Shown: one piece after another, positions 45,928 to 55,627 of the stretch
Layout: each line of letters opens with the position of its first letter
How positions within the stretch are numbered: position 1 is the stretch's first letter
Position numbers and translations under genes: made by a program
Notes under the pieces: model-generated
The model's database searches: none
The model's input: only the letters and a program-made list of their open reading frames with translations
Told to the model about the DNA's origin: nothing
Source of the DNA: Patescibacteria group bacterium
GTDB taxonomy: Bacteria; Patescibacteriota; Patescibacteriia; Buchananbacterales; UBA6539
Assembly: GCA_041649675.1 (NCBI GenBank)
Contig: JBAZMQ010000005.1
Coordinates: forward strand, 9,635-73,634
Length of the DNA: 64,000 bases
Direction: 5' to 3'

Positions 45928-46983
45928 TTATTTCTTAACCGGATTGGTCATTCCCATATAAACAATATTTGGATTTAAAGAATCAACGGCCAAAAAGGTA
46001 GCAATCGCGCCCGTTGGTAATCTCTTGGTAATCCAATTTTTACCACCATCAACTGTTTTATAAAAAGTGGTTGCCGTTGAATAATAAATTTCTAAATTAT
46101 TCTTTGGATTTATTGCCACTGAATAAATATCGGTTGATCCCGCTGGCGTAATTAATTTAATCGGTTGCCAACTTTGGCCGCCATCCGTACTTTTAATTAA
46201 ACCGTACTTAGAGACTGACAATAAAGAATCAGCTTGGCTTGAGTCAAAAATTAAATTCTTATACTCTAAAGCGGCAGAATAAGTTTTTAAGCCTTCATTA
46301 ATGTCGGCCCAAGTACTGCCCGCATCAATGGTTTTGAAAATACCCTTACTCTTGGTGGCAAGATAAATAATCCTTGAATCTTTGGGGTCAATTAAAATCT
46401 TAGTAATCCGATCGTTAACTCGGTTGATTACTTGCCAATTACTACCACCATCAATACTTTTTAGAACATCACCAGCAGCGTTACCAGCATAAATTACTAA
46501 ATTATTATAAAAATCAATTGCTAAAGAAGTAATATCAGCTTTGGCAGCCCGAGTATCAATATAAACTTCAATCCAGCTTCGGCTGCAATCAACTGTTTTC
46601 AAGACAGTACTGCGAAAAGTCGCATAGATCACACATTTATTTTTAGGGTCAACTGCTACCGATTCAATCCGGCCGTTACCAACCTGATTAGCTTTCATCC
46701 AGCTATCACCGGAGTCATAGCTGTAAAATAAACCCTGGCTATCTGAAGCCAAATAGATTGCCCGATTATCCTGCGGATCAAAAGTCAAATTTAAAACATT
46801 TAAACCAGCCAGACTGCCCACGCCACCAGAATAAAGAAATAAATTCTTTTGTGACCAGTTATTGCCTTTATCAAATGACTTAAAAACACCGGCTAAAGCA
46901 GGCGCTTGACTCGCACCTAATTTAATTGAACAGCCGGAAATTAAAAACACTGAGAGCAGAACAAAAATTACAATCTTTCGCAT
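45928..46983 (-). CDS. BNR/Asp-box beta-propeller lipoprotein (YCF48/VPS10-like)
   Basis: Lipobox ISGC; repeated S/T-x-D-x-G-x-x-W. Confidence 0.85.
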   Translation of the reverse strand: MRKIVIFVLLSVFLISGCSIKLGASQAPALAGVFKSFDKGNNWSQKNLFLYSGGVGSLAGLNVLNLTFDPQDNRAIYLASDSQGLFYSYDSGDSWMKANQVGNGRIESVAVDPKNKCVIYATFRSTVLKTVDCSRSWIEVYIDTRAAKADITSLAIDFYNNLVIYAGNAAGDVLKSIDGGSNWQVINRVNDRITKILIDPKDSRIIYLATKSKGIFKTIDAGSTWADINEGLKTYSAALEYKNLIFDSSQADSLLSVSKYGLIKSTDGGQSWQPIKLITPAGSTDIYSVAINPKNNLEIYYSTATTFYKTVDGGKNWITKRLPTGAIATFLAVDSLNPNIVYMGMTNPVKK

Positions 46984-46994
46984 AATTTTAGTTA

Positions 46995-48023
46995 TTAAAA
47001 ATTTAAAACTAAATTCTCTAAAGTTAGCCTTGGATTTACATTAGCATCCAAATAACGCTTGGCTAAACCTATTCGATTCAAACCACCAATCAAATTGTTA
47101 CTCTGATAAGATTTAGCTAGTTGCTCCAACTCCGCCGAAATATTTAAATTGCTAATTGAATTTTCCAAGCCGTTTTTAATTAAAAGCAAATCACGAATTA
47201 CCTTGATCCAAATAAGTAAAATATTTTTAACTTGATCAATATCGTTGGACTCAACCAACTCATTAACTATTTGAAAACGCTGATTGCTACTGGCCTTCAT
47301 TAAGGTAATGAATTGCTGGACCTGCTCTTCAAAATCAGCATACTCTTGGGATTGAAAAAAGTAATCCAAAGCAATACCCGGGCGGCCAAACGAAAGGGCA
47401 GTCAAAGTTTTTGCTTTTTTCCGATCAACTTTCAAAGAGACTAAATAATCAAAAATATCTTTTGGGTCAACTGGTAAAAATTTAATCACCCGGCAGCGGG
47501 AAACAATCGTTTGGGGCAACAAAGAAATATTAGTAGCGAGTAAAATAATAACGGTTTTCTGGGTCGGCTCTTCTAAGGTTTTAAGCAACGAATTGGCCGC
47601 TTCCTGGCTCAAAGTTTGTGCTTCCTCAACGATAGCAACTTTATATGAATCTAAAAAAGAATGGAGGTTAAGTTTATTCTGCAACTCTCTAATTTGTTCA
47701 ATACTGATATTCTTTTTGAGTTTACCGGTTTTTTCATTTGTTTCTCGAGAAATCCAATAAACATCAGGGTGAATATTATTAGCGATCTGTTTGCAGCAAT
47801 CACACTCCCCACACGGTACCAAAAAAGATTCATTGTGAAGATTACGACAAACCAAAGAAGTCACAAAATCTTTAGCAATTGTTGACTTACCAACATGGGC
47901 TGGACCGACAAATAAATAAGCATGAGCCGTATGCAAATTTTTCAAATTATTTTGTAAATAACTGACAACATTACGATGACCGATTATTGACCATCTAAAA
48001 AAATTGTCTTGCTCTTTAGACAT
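46995..48023 (-). CDS. holB: DNA polymerase III delta-prime subunit
   Basis: HAYLFVGP.HVGK, CGECDCC, HPD, ANSLLKTLEEP, TIVSRC. Confidence 0.92.
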   Translation of the reverse strand: MSKEQDNFFRWSIIGHRNVVSYLQNNLKNLHTAHAYLFVGPAHVGKSTIAKDFVTSLVCRNLHNESFLVPCGECDCCKQIANNIHPDVYWISRETNEKTGKLKKNISIEQIRELQNKLNLHSFLDSYKVAIVEEAQTLSQEAANSLLKTLEEPTQKTVIILLATNISLLPQTIVSRCRVIKFLPVDPKDIFDYLVSLKVDRKKAKTLTALSFGRPGIALDYFFQSQEYADFEEQVQQFITLMKASSNQRFQIVNELVESNDIDQVKNILLIWIKVIRDLLLIKNGLENSISNLNISAELEQLAKSYQSNNLIGGLNRIGLAKRYLDANVNPRLTLENLVLNF

Positions 48024-48142
48024 AGATATATTTTAGCATAAAATAGGGTTTTGGCAAGGCTTGATTACAACACAAAATTCAAAAAATAAAAAGGGCAAAA
48101 GCTCAATTTACCCTTAAATTTTTACTACCTAAAATTTGTTTA

Positions 48143-49159
48143 TTATTGCCACAGTTTTTGAGCTTGTTGCCAGAGTTCATCATTACCTTGCTGTTTTTGC
48201 CAATACCAATACTCTACGCCCCAAAGATAGACCTGTGAGAGACCAGTTCTTTTAGCATAGGAAATATTATTGACAAAACGCTGCAAATTAAAAGATTTTT
48301 TCTGATCGGCCAAACTCAAACTAATCATTGGTTGATTGAAAGTCCACGGCTCCATTTGCAATTCAGTAATAATAACCTGCTTCAAATTAGGGTGGAAATA
48401 TTTGGTAATTTCTGCTTTGTAATGATAGAAGGCGGGTGGCAAGAAAAAATAATCCCAAAAGCCCAAATATTGATTCCAAACAATCCGATACATAGTACTA
48501 CCCAAAATATCAGCCTGACTGGCGGCGTGCTGCCAATCGCCCAATTCGCCGCTATCGGTAATAATAATTGGCCGGGCATCCAACGATTTAACCAAATCTA
48601 TCTCTTGCCTTAAAAGGCTTTGGTTAAGGCTAGGGCATTGGCCAAAAACCGAAAGCATTGGCTCATTTTCAACTTGCCAAGACTGAATTAAAGAATTATT
48701 TTTATACCGGTTGATTACGGTTCTGACAAAATCAAGCTGAGCTTGGGCGGTTGCCGATGAGCTTAAATTGCCAACCCAGGCCGGGTCATGACATTCAGGC
48801 CAACGCGGTGTCCTGCGCCCAACGACTAAAATTATTTTGGTGCCATTGGGCTCTGCCTGGCTGATTTGCCAATCCAAATCAAAAAAATCATAACTACCTC
48901 TTTGTTCTTCAATTTCATCCCAATAAGCAATTAAACGAATATTATTCACCTTAAGATCATTTAAAATAGCAAGATAAGTTTTTTGCCAATCCAATTTTAA
49001 TTCCAAAGCATACTTCTTACTGAAAGTTACTCCGTAAACTTGTTTTTTGCCGTTGCTAAAATCTCTGGTAAAAATAAAAAAAATCAAAATGCCAATCACT
49101 ATGATGACAATAAAAATTATCACTAATGATTTTTTATGCCTTAATAAAAAATTAGTCAT
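48143..49159 (-). CDS. Membrane-anchored clan GH-A glycoside hydrolase-like protein
   Basis: N-terminal TM; WQVENEP acid/base, ITELQ nucleophile-like, PRWPECH. Confidence 0.75.
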   Translation of the reverse strand: MTNFLLRHKKSLVIIFIVIIVIGILIFFIFTRDFSNGKKQVYGVTFSKKYALELKLDWQKTYLAILNDLKVNNIRLIAYWDEIEEQRGSYDFFDLDWQISQAEPNGTKIILVVGRRTPRWPECHDPAWVGNLSSSATAQAQLDFVRTVINRYKNNSLIQSWQVENEPMLSVFGQCPSLNQSLLRQEIDLVKSLDARPIIITDSGELGDWQHAASQADILGSTMYRIVWNQYLGFWDYFFLPPAFYHYKAEITKYFHPNLKQVIITELQMEPWTFNQPMISLSLADQKKSFNLQRFVNNISYAKRTGLSQVYLWGVEYWYWQKQQGNDELWQQAQKLWQ

Positions 49160-49245
49160 AGCTAATCAATCCTTAAAAATATTATACCAGATTTAGCCAA
49201 CAAAAAATAGCCTTAAAAATAGGCATCAATTTTGTCGGCCAAAAT

Positions 49246-49350
49246 CTATTTTCTCCGGAGATCTTTGGTTGTTTTAGCTAAACGCTTGCCAATTCTAGTA
49301 TTCTTTTTGGCATGTTTTAATCTAGCTTTCAAAGCGCTGTTTTGTCCCAT
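49246..49350 (-). CDS. Unannotated 34-aa very basic microprotein
   Basis: MGQNSALKARLKHAKKNTRIGKRLAKTTKDLRRK, just downstream of the second mreB. Confidence 0.5.
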   Translation of the reverse strand: MGQNSALKARLKHAKKNTRIGKRLAKTTKDLRRK

Positions 49351-49372
49351 TGCTATAAAATAAATATTTAAG

Positions 49373-50380
49373 TTATTTAATCGCTAAAATACTACGTTTA
49401 TACGACTCCAAATTCTCCAAGGCAATACCAGTGCCTTTGGCAACACAATATAAGGCTTCGTCAGCAATGTAAGCCGGTACGCCAGTGACTTGAGTCACTA
49501 GCTGATCAATATTTCTTAACAAGCTGGAACCGCCTGACATAATTATACCCTTGTCAATTACATCGGCTGAAAGTTCCGGCGGAGTCTTGTGTAAAACATC
49601 TTTTACCGCCTGAATAATTCCTTCCAATTCGTTTTGAATGGCTTCGGTAACATCATCGGACGTAACCGTAATCGTTTTAGGTAAACCAGTCACTACGTCG
49701 CGACCACGGACTTCTTCGGACAAACGGTCTTCCATGTACATTGCCGAACCAATATTAATTTTAATTCTTTCGGCCGTTCTTTCACCAATCGCTAGATTAT
49801 ATTTCCGTCGAATGTATTCAGTAATAGCCGCGTCAAAACGATTACCACCAATCCTTACCGAAGTTGAAGCAACAATACCACCCAAAGAAATAACTGCCAT
49901 TTCTGAAGTGCCACCGCCGATATCAATAATCATATGTCCGGAAGGTGAACCAATTGGTATATCAGCACCAATTGCCGCGACAATCGGTTCTTTAATAATA
50001 TAAGCGGCTTTAGCCCCCGCTGAAATTGTAGCATCAATTACTGCCCGCCGTTCAGTTGAAGTGATGCCAGCCGGAACGGCAACCATAACTTCGGGCCGAA
50101 ACAAACGAACACCACCTAAAGCCTTATTAACAAAATAACGCAGCATTGCAGCTGTGGTTTTATAGTCGGCAATTACTCCATCTTTCATCGGCCGAACAGC
50201 AATAATCGTATCAGGGGTCCGGCCCAACATTTCTTTGGCTTCGGCCCCAACGGCTAAAATCTTTTTATCAATAACTGAAACAGCCACCACTGAAGGTTCG
50301 TTAATCACAATCCCCCGTTTTGGCAAATAAACCAAAGAATTGGTTGTACCCAAATCAATTCCAATTTTCTTAATTAACAT
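49373..50380 (-). CDS. mreB: Second MreB/Mbl-like actin homolog
   Basis: IDLGTTN, NEPSVVA, KEP, DIGGGT, TPPEL. Confidence 0.92.
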   Translation of the reverse strand: MLIKKIGIDLGTTNSLVYLPKRGIVINEPSVVAVSVIDKKILAVGAEAKEMLGRTPDTIIAVRPMKDGVIADYKTTAAMLRYFVNKALGGVRLFRPEVMVAVPAGITSTERRAVIDATISAGAKAAYIIKEPIVAAIGADIPIGSPSGHMIIDIGGGTSEMAVISLGGIVASTSVRIGGNRFDAAITEYIRRKYNLAIGERTAERIKINIGSAMYMEDRLSEEVRGRDVVTGLPKTITVTSDDVTEAIQNELEGIIQAVKDVLHKTPPELSADVIDKGIIMSGGSSLLRNIDQLVTQVTGVPAYIADEALYCVAKGTGIALENLESYKRSILAIK

Positions 50381-50441
50381 ATAAAAAGTTATTTTTCGCT
50401 ACTTAAGTTTAATAAAAAAATGTAATTTTGTCCAGCTGGAG

Positions 50442-51311
50442 CTAATTTTTAATCGGCGGCTTTGCTCCTAGATACTTAGCAAAATATTTAACACCCGAAG
50501 CCAAATGAATCCGTCCACCTTTTTTGAAAACTCCAAACACTCCACCCTTCTCCGCTGATAATTGCTGATGATAGTGAACCATTTCAACATCGGCAAAATA
50601 AGTCACTTTAAACCCAGCCTGCCAGAATCGGCGGCATAAGTCCAAATCTTCAAAATACATAAAAAATCTTTCGTCAAATAAACCAACTTTTTCCAAAGCC
50701 GATTTACGAATTAACAAGCAAGCCGCAAATAGCCAATCAACATCTTTGTTCTGTTCGTGATCAAAATCTTTCATTAAATAATTATCTGTTACCTTTTTAG
50801 CAAAAGGTAAACGGCCAAAAGCCGTGCGCCGATAAAGCGGAATTAACGAACCAGGAAAGCGCCGGCAAGAATATTGAGTGCTACCGTCAGGATTAATTAA
50901 TCGCGGACCAATCATCCCTACCGCTGAATTATTTTCCATAAATAAAAACATTTTTTCTAAAGCGCTTGGGACGATTGCAACATCCGGGTTTAAAATCATT
51001 ATATATTTACCGTCAGCCTGGCTAATGCCTAAATTATTACCGGCGGCAAAGCCGTTATTTTCCCTGGCTTGAATAGTTTTAATTGGTGGTATTTCTAACG
51101 GTTTGCCTAATGGCAGTTTTGGCTGAATTCCTTCAACTTGAGCTTGACTGGCAAACATTGAATCAACCATGGCCAAGCTATCATCCAAAGAATTATTATC
51201 AACAACAATTAACTCATATTTAAGTTGCGGCTGGGCTGCCACAATACCTTTAACGCACTGCTTAAGCAAACCCTTTTGTTTGTAGTTTAGAATTACAATT
51301 GATAAGTCCAT
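50442..51311 (-). CDS. Glycosyltransferase family 2 (WbbL-like)
   Basis: VDNNS, GFAAGNN, LNPD, FDERFFMYFEDLD. Confidence 0.9.
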   Translation of the reverse strand: MDLSIVILNYKQKGLLKQCVKGIVAAQPQLKYELIVVDNNSLDDSLAMVDSMFASQAQVEGIQPKLPLGKPLEIPPIKTIQARENNGFAAGNNLGISQADGKYIMILNPDVAIVPSALEKMFLFMENNSAVGMIGPRLINPDGSTQYSCRRFPGSLIPLYRRTAFGRLPFAKKVTDNYLMKDFDHEQNKDVDWLFAACLLIRKSALEKVGLFDERFFMYFEDLDLCRRFWQAGFKVTYFADVEMVHYHQQLSAEKGGVFGVFKKGGRIHLASGVKYFAKYLGAKPPIKN

Positions 51312-51321
51312 AAACCGATTT

Positions 51322-52347
51322 TTACTTAAACCATTTTCTCATTTCTTTAGCACTGATTTTACGGTGAGCCATAATGACTTTTCTCTTCACTAAAGCACTT
51401 GGCAACAATTGAAAAAATTCTTTAATACTCCGATATTGAAATGGTTCTAAAACTAAAGCATAAAGAATAACTTTTAATTCCCGAAAAAGAAACCAGGGCA
51501 ACGCCACAATCATATTGGCCAGCTGATCGTTTTTGACTAGTAGTAAATGATAATTACGAAGAGAAAATGAACGCAGCATTTTAGAAACTTGCCGCCGATG
51601 CCTAAAATTTTTCCTGAAACTGTCACCTGCACCGGGAAATTGCCGATGATGATAACAAATTGCCAAAGGATAATACCAGCATTGCCAACCGTAAAGTCGT
51701 AAACGCCAAGCCAAATCAATGTCTTCTTTATAGGCAAAAAAATCTTGGTCAAAAAATTCATTTTTAATCATAATATCCTGCAAAGCTGACTTGCGATACA
51801 AAACGCAAGCGCCGGTGTTACCAAAAACCTCTTCGGTCCGATCATATTGACCTTCATCTTTGCTCCCTTCGCCGCGATCAATTATTCGACGGCTTTTAAA
51901 TATTTCTAAACCAGTGGAGTCAATAATATCCGATTTAATTATTTCTCTTAAACCTAACTCTTCATCGGTATTAAAAGCTTCGCTATAAATTTTTAATACT
52001 TTACCGCCAAAACTGCCACCGCCGGAATTTTTATCGGCAAAAGTTACTAAATTTTGCAAAAAATCCTGACTTAAGACAACATCGGGATTGGCTACTAAAA
52101 CATATTCACTTTTAGCTAAATGAATGCCCTGATTATTGGCCTTGCAAAACCCGAGGTTTTTAAAATTTTGCAAAACGGAAACAGTTGGATAATTTGACCG
52201 AATAAATTCTACCGTACCGTCATCAGAACCATTATCAATCACTAAAATCGAAAAGTCTCTAAAACTTTGTCGCATTAAAGATTCCAAGCAATCAAAAATA
52301 TAATTCATGGAATTCCAAGTGACGATTTGAATTGAAACTTTTGCCAT
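51322..52347 (-). CDS. Glycosyltransferase family 2
   Basis: IDNGSDDG, NLGF.KANNQG, NPD, FFAYKEDIDL. Confidence 0.9.
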   Translation of the reverse strand: MAKVSIQIVTWNSMNYIFDCLESLMRQSFRDFSILVIDNGSDDGTVEFIRSNYPTVSVLQNFKNLGFCKANNQGIHLAKSEYVLVANPDVVLSQDFLQNLVTFADKNSGGGSFGGKVLKIYSEAFNTDEELGLREIIKSDIIDSTGLEIFKSRRIIDRGEGSKDEGQYDRTEEVFGNTGACVLYRKSALQDIMIKNEFFDQDFFAYKEDIDLAWRLRLYGWQCWYYPLAICYHHRQFPGAGDSFRKNFRHRRQVSKMLRSFSLRNYHLLLVKNDQLANMIVALPWFLFRELKVILYALVLEPFQYRSIKEFFQLLPSALVKRKVIMAHRKISAKEMRKWFK

Positions 52348-52349
52348 GG

Positions 52350-52420
52350 GTTAGCTTTTAGCTGTTAGCTTTTAGCTGTTAGTTCCAAATTACAAACTAC
52401 CAGCTAAAAGCTACAAGCTA
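52350..52420. repeat. 7-nt-periodic palindromic element (family C)
   Basis: GTTAGCT TTTAGCT GTTAGCT TTTAGCT...AGCTAAA AGCTACA AGCTA, overlapping the upstream gene's stop. Confidence 0.7.
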
Positions 52421-53911
52421 TTTCTTCTCTGTGACCCAAAAACCAAGCCGGAAACGCCCACCCAGCATTAACCGAGTTTGGGCATCAGCAGCCGGTAATG
52501 AACCAAAAAGAATTAAAGTTACCGGTACCAATAGCCACTGTAACAACATTACAAAATAATTATGCCAATGATAATGTTTAGGTTTTTGCGGCAGCATTAG
52601 GGTATATAAAATCGCAATTACAATCATGCCGGCCATTGATAAGCGCATCAATGATGCCAAAATGTGCGGGGCATTCTGAAACAAAGCAGTTGTTCTATCG
52701 TTTTGAGCTGCCACCCAAAGCGGCAAACGACCAGCAATCAAAATAATAATCGGCGCGGTTGACCAGGAATAGACGCCTTCAGTTTGATTCCAAAGATAAT
52801 AGATTTTTTTTAAAAATGGTACTTTCCTGCCTTGGCCGGTTTTGAACCAAAATTGTTTAACCATCCAGGGAAAATGCTCAACGCCCCAAGCCCAACGCCT
52901 CATTTGTTTATATTGATTTTTTAAGCTGCGCCAAAAATTACCAATATCAACTGTATTCATATAAACCGGCAAATACAGCGGCACGGTTTCATAATCACCG
53001 TCATAACGAACCAAGCATTGTAAAAATATTCTAGAATCTTCAGTTACGATTGTATTATCCCAAAACCCAACGTCAACTAAAGCCCTAAAGCTCATACTGT
53101 GAGAAGAAAAAGTAAACAATCTTTCCGGTCGCGATAAATCCGTAAAGAGCCAAAAAGTCGTTGAACTGGCCACTACCCGGACAATCGGATTTGATTCCCA
53201 GACATTGTTATTGTATATCGCAATTGGTTGATAACTGGCGTGAGTCGGATTGGGATGAGTTAGGTATTTATAGGTCAAATAAGCGAAATATTGAGGGTGA
53301 ACACAGGTGTCTATGTCAAAATTGGAAACAATTACTTTTGCATAATCAAAGCCCAATTGATCAATCAATTTCTGCGCCTGGCGGGCGGCATAATGAGTGT
53401 TGGAACCTTTGCCTTGCAATTCACCAGGAACTTTAGCTGGATGGATTGTAATTAACAACTGAAAAAATTTATCGCTATATTTTTCTTTAATTTTTTCGGC
53501 AATCTGAATAAAATTATCTTTGTCCAATTCTTCCCCAGCCAAAACGACGATAAACTTTTTTAAATCATAATTTGATTGGCATAAAGCTAAAAATGGCTTC
53601 TCAACAATTTGATAAGGCTCGGTGTAGGTTGGTAAAAAAATTAAATGATGATAATCCTGATAATTTTTATCCAAACTTTTGACCTTGGAAAACCAATCTA
53701 CTTTTAAATCACGACGATAACGCCGCCAAGAAGCTAATAGATAAATTAGCATGTAAGAAATCCTAAACAACCAATATAAATCAAAAGCGATTATAAAATA
53801 AATCGCCCAGAGGGGTTTAATAAATGAAAAAACAATCGTGCCGATAAAGGTAAACCAGACTAAAAACCCCGGAATAATCTCTAGAATCCGACCCTTAATA
53901 TTTTCTTGCAT
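52418..53911 (-). CDS. Membrane processive GT2 glycosyltransferase (probable start 53911)
   Basis: DID, TED, QMRRW (QxxRW) and flanking TMs. Confidence 0.85.
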   Translation of the reverse strand: MQENIKGRILEIIPGFLVWFTFIGTIVFSFIKPLWAIYFIIAFDLYWLFRISYMLIYLLASWRRYRRDLKVDWFSKVKSLDKNYQDYHHLIFLPTYTEPYQIVEKPFLALCQSNYDLKKFIVVLAGEELDKDNFIQIAEKIKEKYSDKFFQLLITIHPAKVPGELQGKGSNTHYAARQAQKLIDQLGFDYAKVIVSNFDIDTCVHPQYFAYLTYKYLTHPNPTHASYQPIAIYNNNVWESNPIVRVVASSTTFWLFTDLSRPERLFTFSSHSMSFRALVDVGFWDNTIVTEDSRIFLQCLVRYDGDYETVPLYLPVYMNTVDIGNFWRSLKNQYKQMRRWAWGVEHFPWMVKQFWFKTGQGRKVPFLKKIYYLWNQTEGVYSWSTAPIIILIAGRLPLWVAAQNDRTTALFQNAPHILASLMRLSMAGMIVIAILYTLMLPQKPKHYHWHNYFVMLLQWLLVPVTLILFGSLPAADAQTRLMLGGRFRLGFWVTEKK

Positions 53912-53998
53912 GCCCTTATTTAACCACAAAAAAACAAAAATAGCAAGCCTTAATCTAAATAAAAAACCGCCTTGGCTGGCGGTGTTAAAAATCAATTG

Positions 53999-55588
53999 TT
54001 AAATCAGAGGACTACCCGTCATATCATCTGGTTGCTTGATTTCTAAAATTTTTAAAATCGTTGGCGAAATATCAGCCAACATTCCTGATGGAGTAATGAT
54101 ACTTAAATCACCGGCAGCATTATCCAAACCAGAAGTCACTGACTGACCTTCCCAACGACTGCCGACAGCAATAAATGGTACAGGATTAGTACTATGTTCT
54201 TTATCAACTTCACCGGTTTGCAAATTAATTAGTTCTTCGGCGTTACCATGATCGGCAGTAATCAAACAAACTCCGCCTTGAGCTAAAACTAAATTTACCA
54301 AGTCGCCCAAACATTTATCAACTGTCTCAACTGCTTTTATAGTGGCCGGGATTACACCGGTGTGACCAACCATATCAGGATTAGCATAATTAACAACGAT
54401 AAAATCATGCTTAGCTTCTTTGATTGCTCCCAACAATTTGGTATTTAATTCAATCGCGCTCATTTCTGGCTTTTGGTCATACGAAGGCACTGACGGTGAC
54501 GGAACTAAAATTCTTCTTTCACCTTGAAACTCATCCTCCTTACCACCATTAAAGAAAAAAGTAACATGAGCATATTTCTCAGTTTCGGCTACGTGTAATT
54601 GAGTTAAATTATTTTCTTCAAGGACTTTGGCAATTGGCTGCACGATTTTTTCCGGACCAAAAGCAACATCAACTGGTAAATCTTTTTCATACTCGGTTAA
54701 AGTAACAAAAACTAATTTCTGATAATTTTTTTGACGATCAAACTTACTAAAACCAGGGACGGTAAAAGCCGCCGTCATTTGTCTGGCCCGATCAGCCCGA
54801 AAATTAAAGAAAATTACCGAGTCACCGTCATCAATCGTAGCCAATGGCTTATTGTTACCAGTAATTACTGTTGGTATGAATTCTTCATCAAAAACCTGTT
54901 TTTGATATGATTGCTGGATTGCTTGCAACGGATCTTCAGCTTTGATCTCGCTTTGACCCAAAGCAATAGTATCAAAGGCTTTTTCTTCTCGATCCCAATG
55001 GTTGTCACGGTCCATGGCATAAAACCGGCCAGACAAACTAGCAATTTTGCCAATACCAACCTCCTTAATTTTGGCCTGCAATTGCTTAATAAAATCAAGC
55101 GCACCATCTTTTTTAGTATCACGGCCGTCCAAAACCACATGAATATAAACCTCCTTTAAACCTTTTTGTTTACATAGATCTAACAAAGCATAGAGATGAT
55201 TTTGGTGAGAATGAACTCCACCATTGGAAACTAAGCCCAATAAATGAAGTTTTGATTTATTATTTTTGACCTGATCAAAAGCTTTTTTAAAGGCTTGATT
55301 ATCACCAAAACTTCCGTCTTCAATTGATTTATTAATTCTCGGCAAAGTTTGATAAACAATTTTTCCCGAACCTAAATTTAAATGGCCAACTTCGGAATTA
55401 CCCATTTCACCCCATGACAAACCAACCGCTTCGCCCGAAGCTTGCAAAGTCATTACCGGATAATTAGCCACCAGGTAATCAAAGACTGGCTTTTTGGCCA
55501 GAGTAATACCGTTACCTTTTGACGGCGGGGCAACTCCCCAACCGTCCATGATAACCAAGACTACTGGTTTTGGCCGAACATTTGCCAT
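53999..55588 (-). CDS. gpmI: 2,3-BPG-independent phosphoglycerate mutase, copy 1
   Basis: DGWG, GNSEVGH, DGRD, AETEKYAHVT, DMVGH, ADHGN. Confidence 0.96.
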   Translation of the reverse strand: MANVRPKPVVLVIMDGWGVAPPSKGNGITLAKKPVFDYLVANYPVMTLQASGEAVGLSWGEMGNSEVGHLNLGSGKIVYQTLPRINKSIEDGSFGDNQAFKKAFDQVKNNKSKLHLLGLVSNGGVHSHQNHLYALLDLCKQKGLKEVYIHVVLDGRDTKKDGALDFIKQLQAKIKEVGIGKIASLSGRFYAMDRDNHWDREEKAFDTIALGQSEIKAEDPLQAIQQSYQKQVFDEEFIPTVITGNNKPLATIDDGDSVIFFNFRADRARQMTAAFTVPGFSKFDRQKNYQKLVFVTLTEYEKDLPVDVAFGPEKIVQPIAKVLEENNLTQLHVAETEKYAHVTFFFNGGKEDEFQGERRILVPSPSVPSYDQKPEMSAIELNTKLLGAIKEAKHDFIVVNYANPDMVGHTGVIPATIKAVETVDKCLGDLVNLVLAQGGVCLITADHGNAEELINLQTGEVDKEHSTNPVPFIAVGSRWEGQSVTSGLDNAAGDLSIITPSGMLADISPTILKILEIKQPDDMTGSPLI

Positions 55589-55627
55589 AGTAATAAAAAA
55601 CTAAACTAATAAATTAAAAATTATTCT

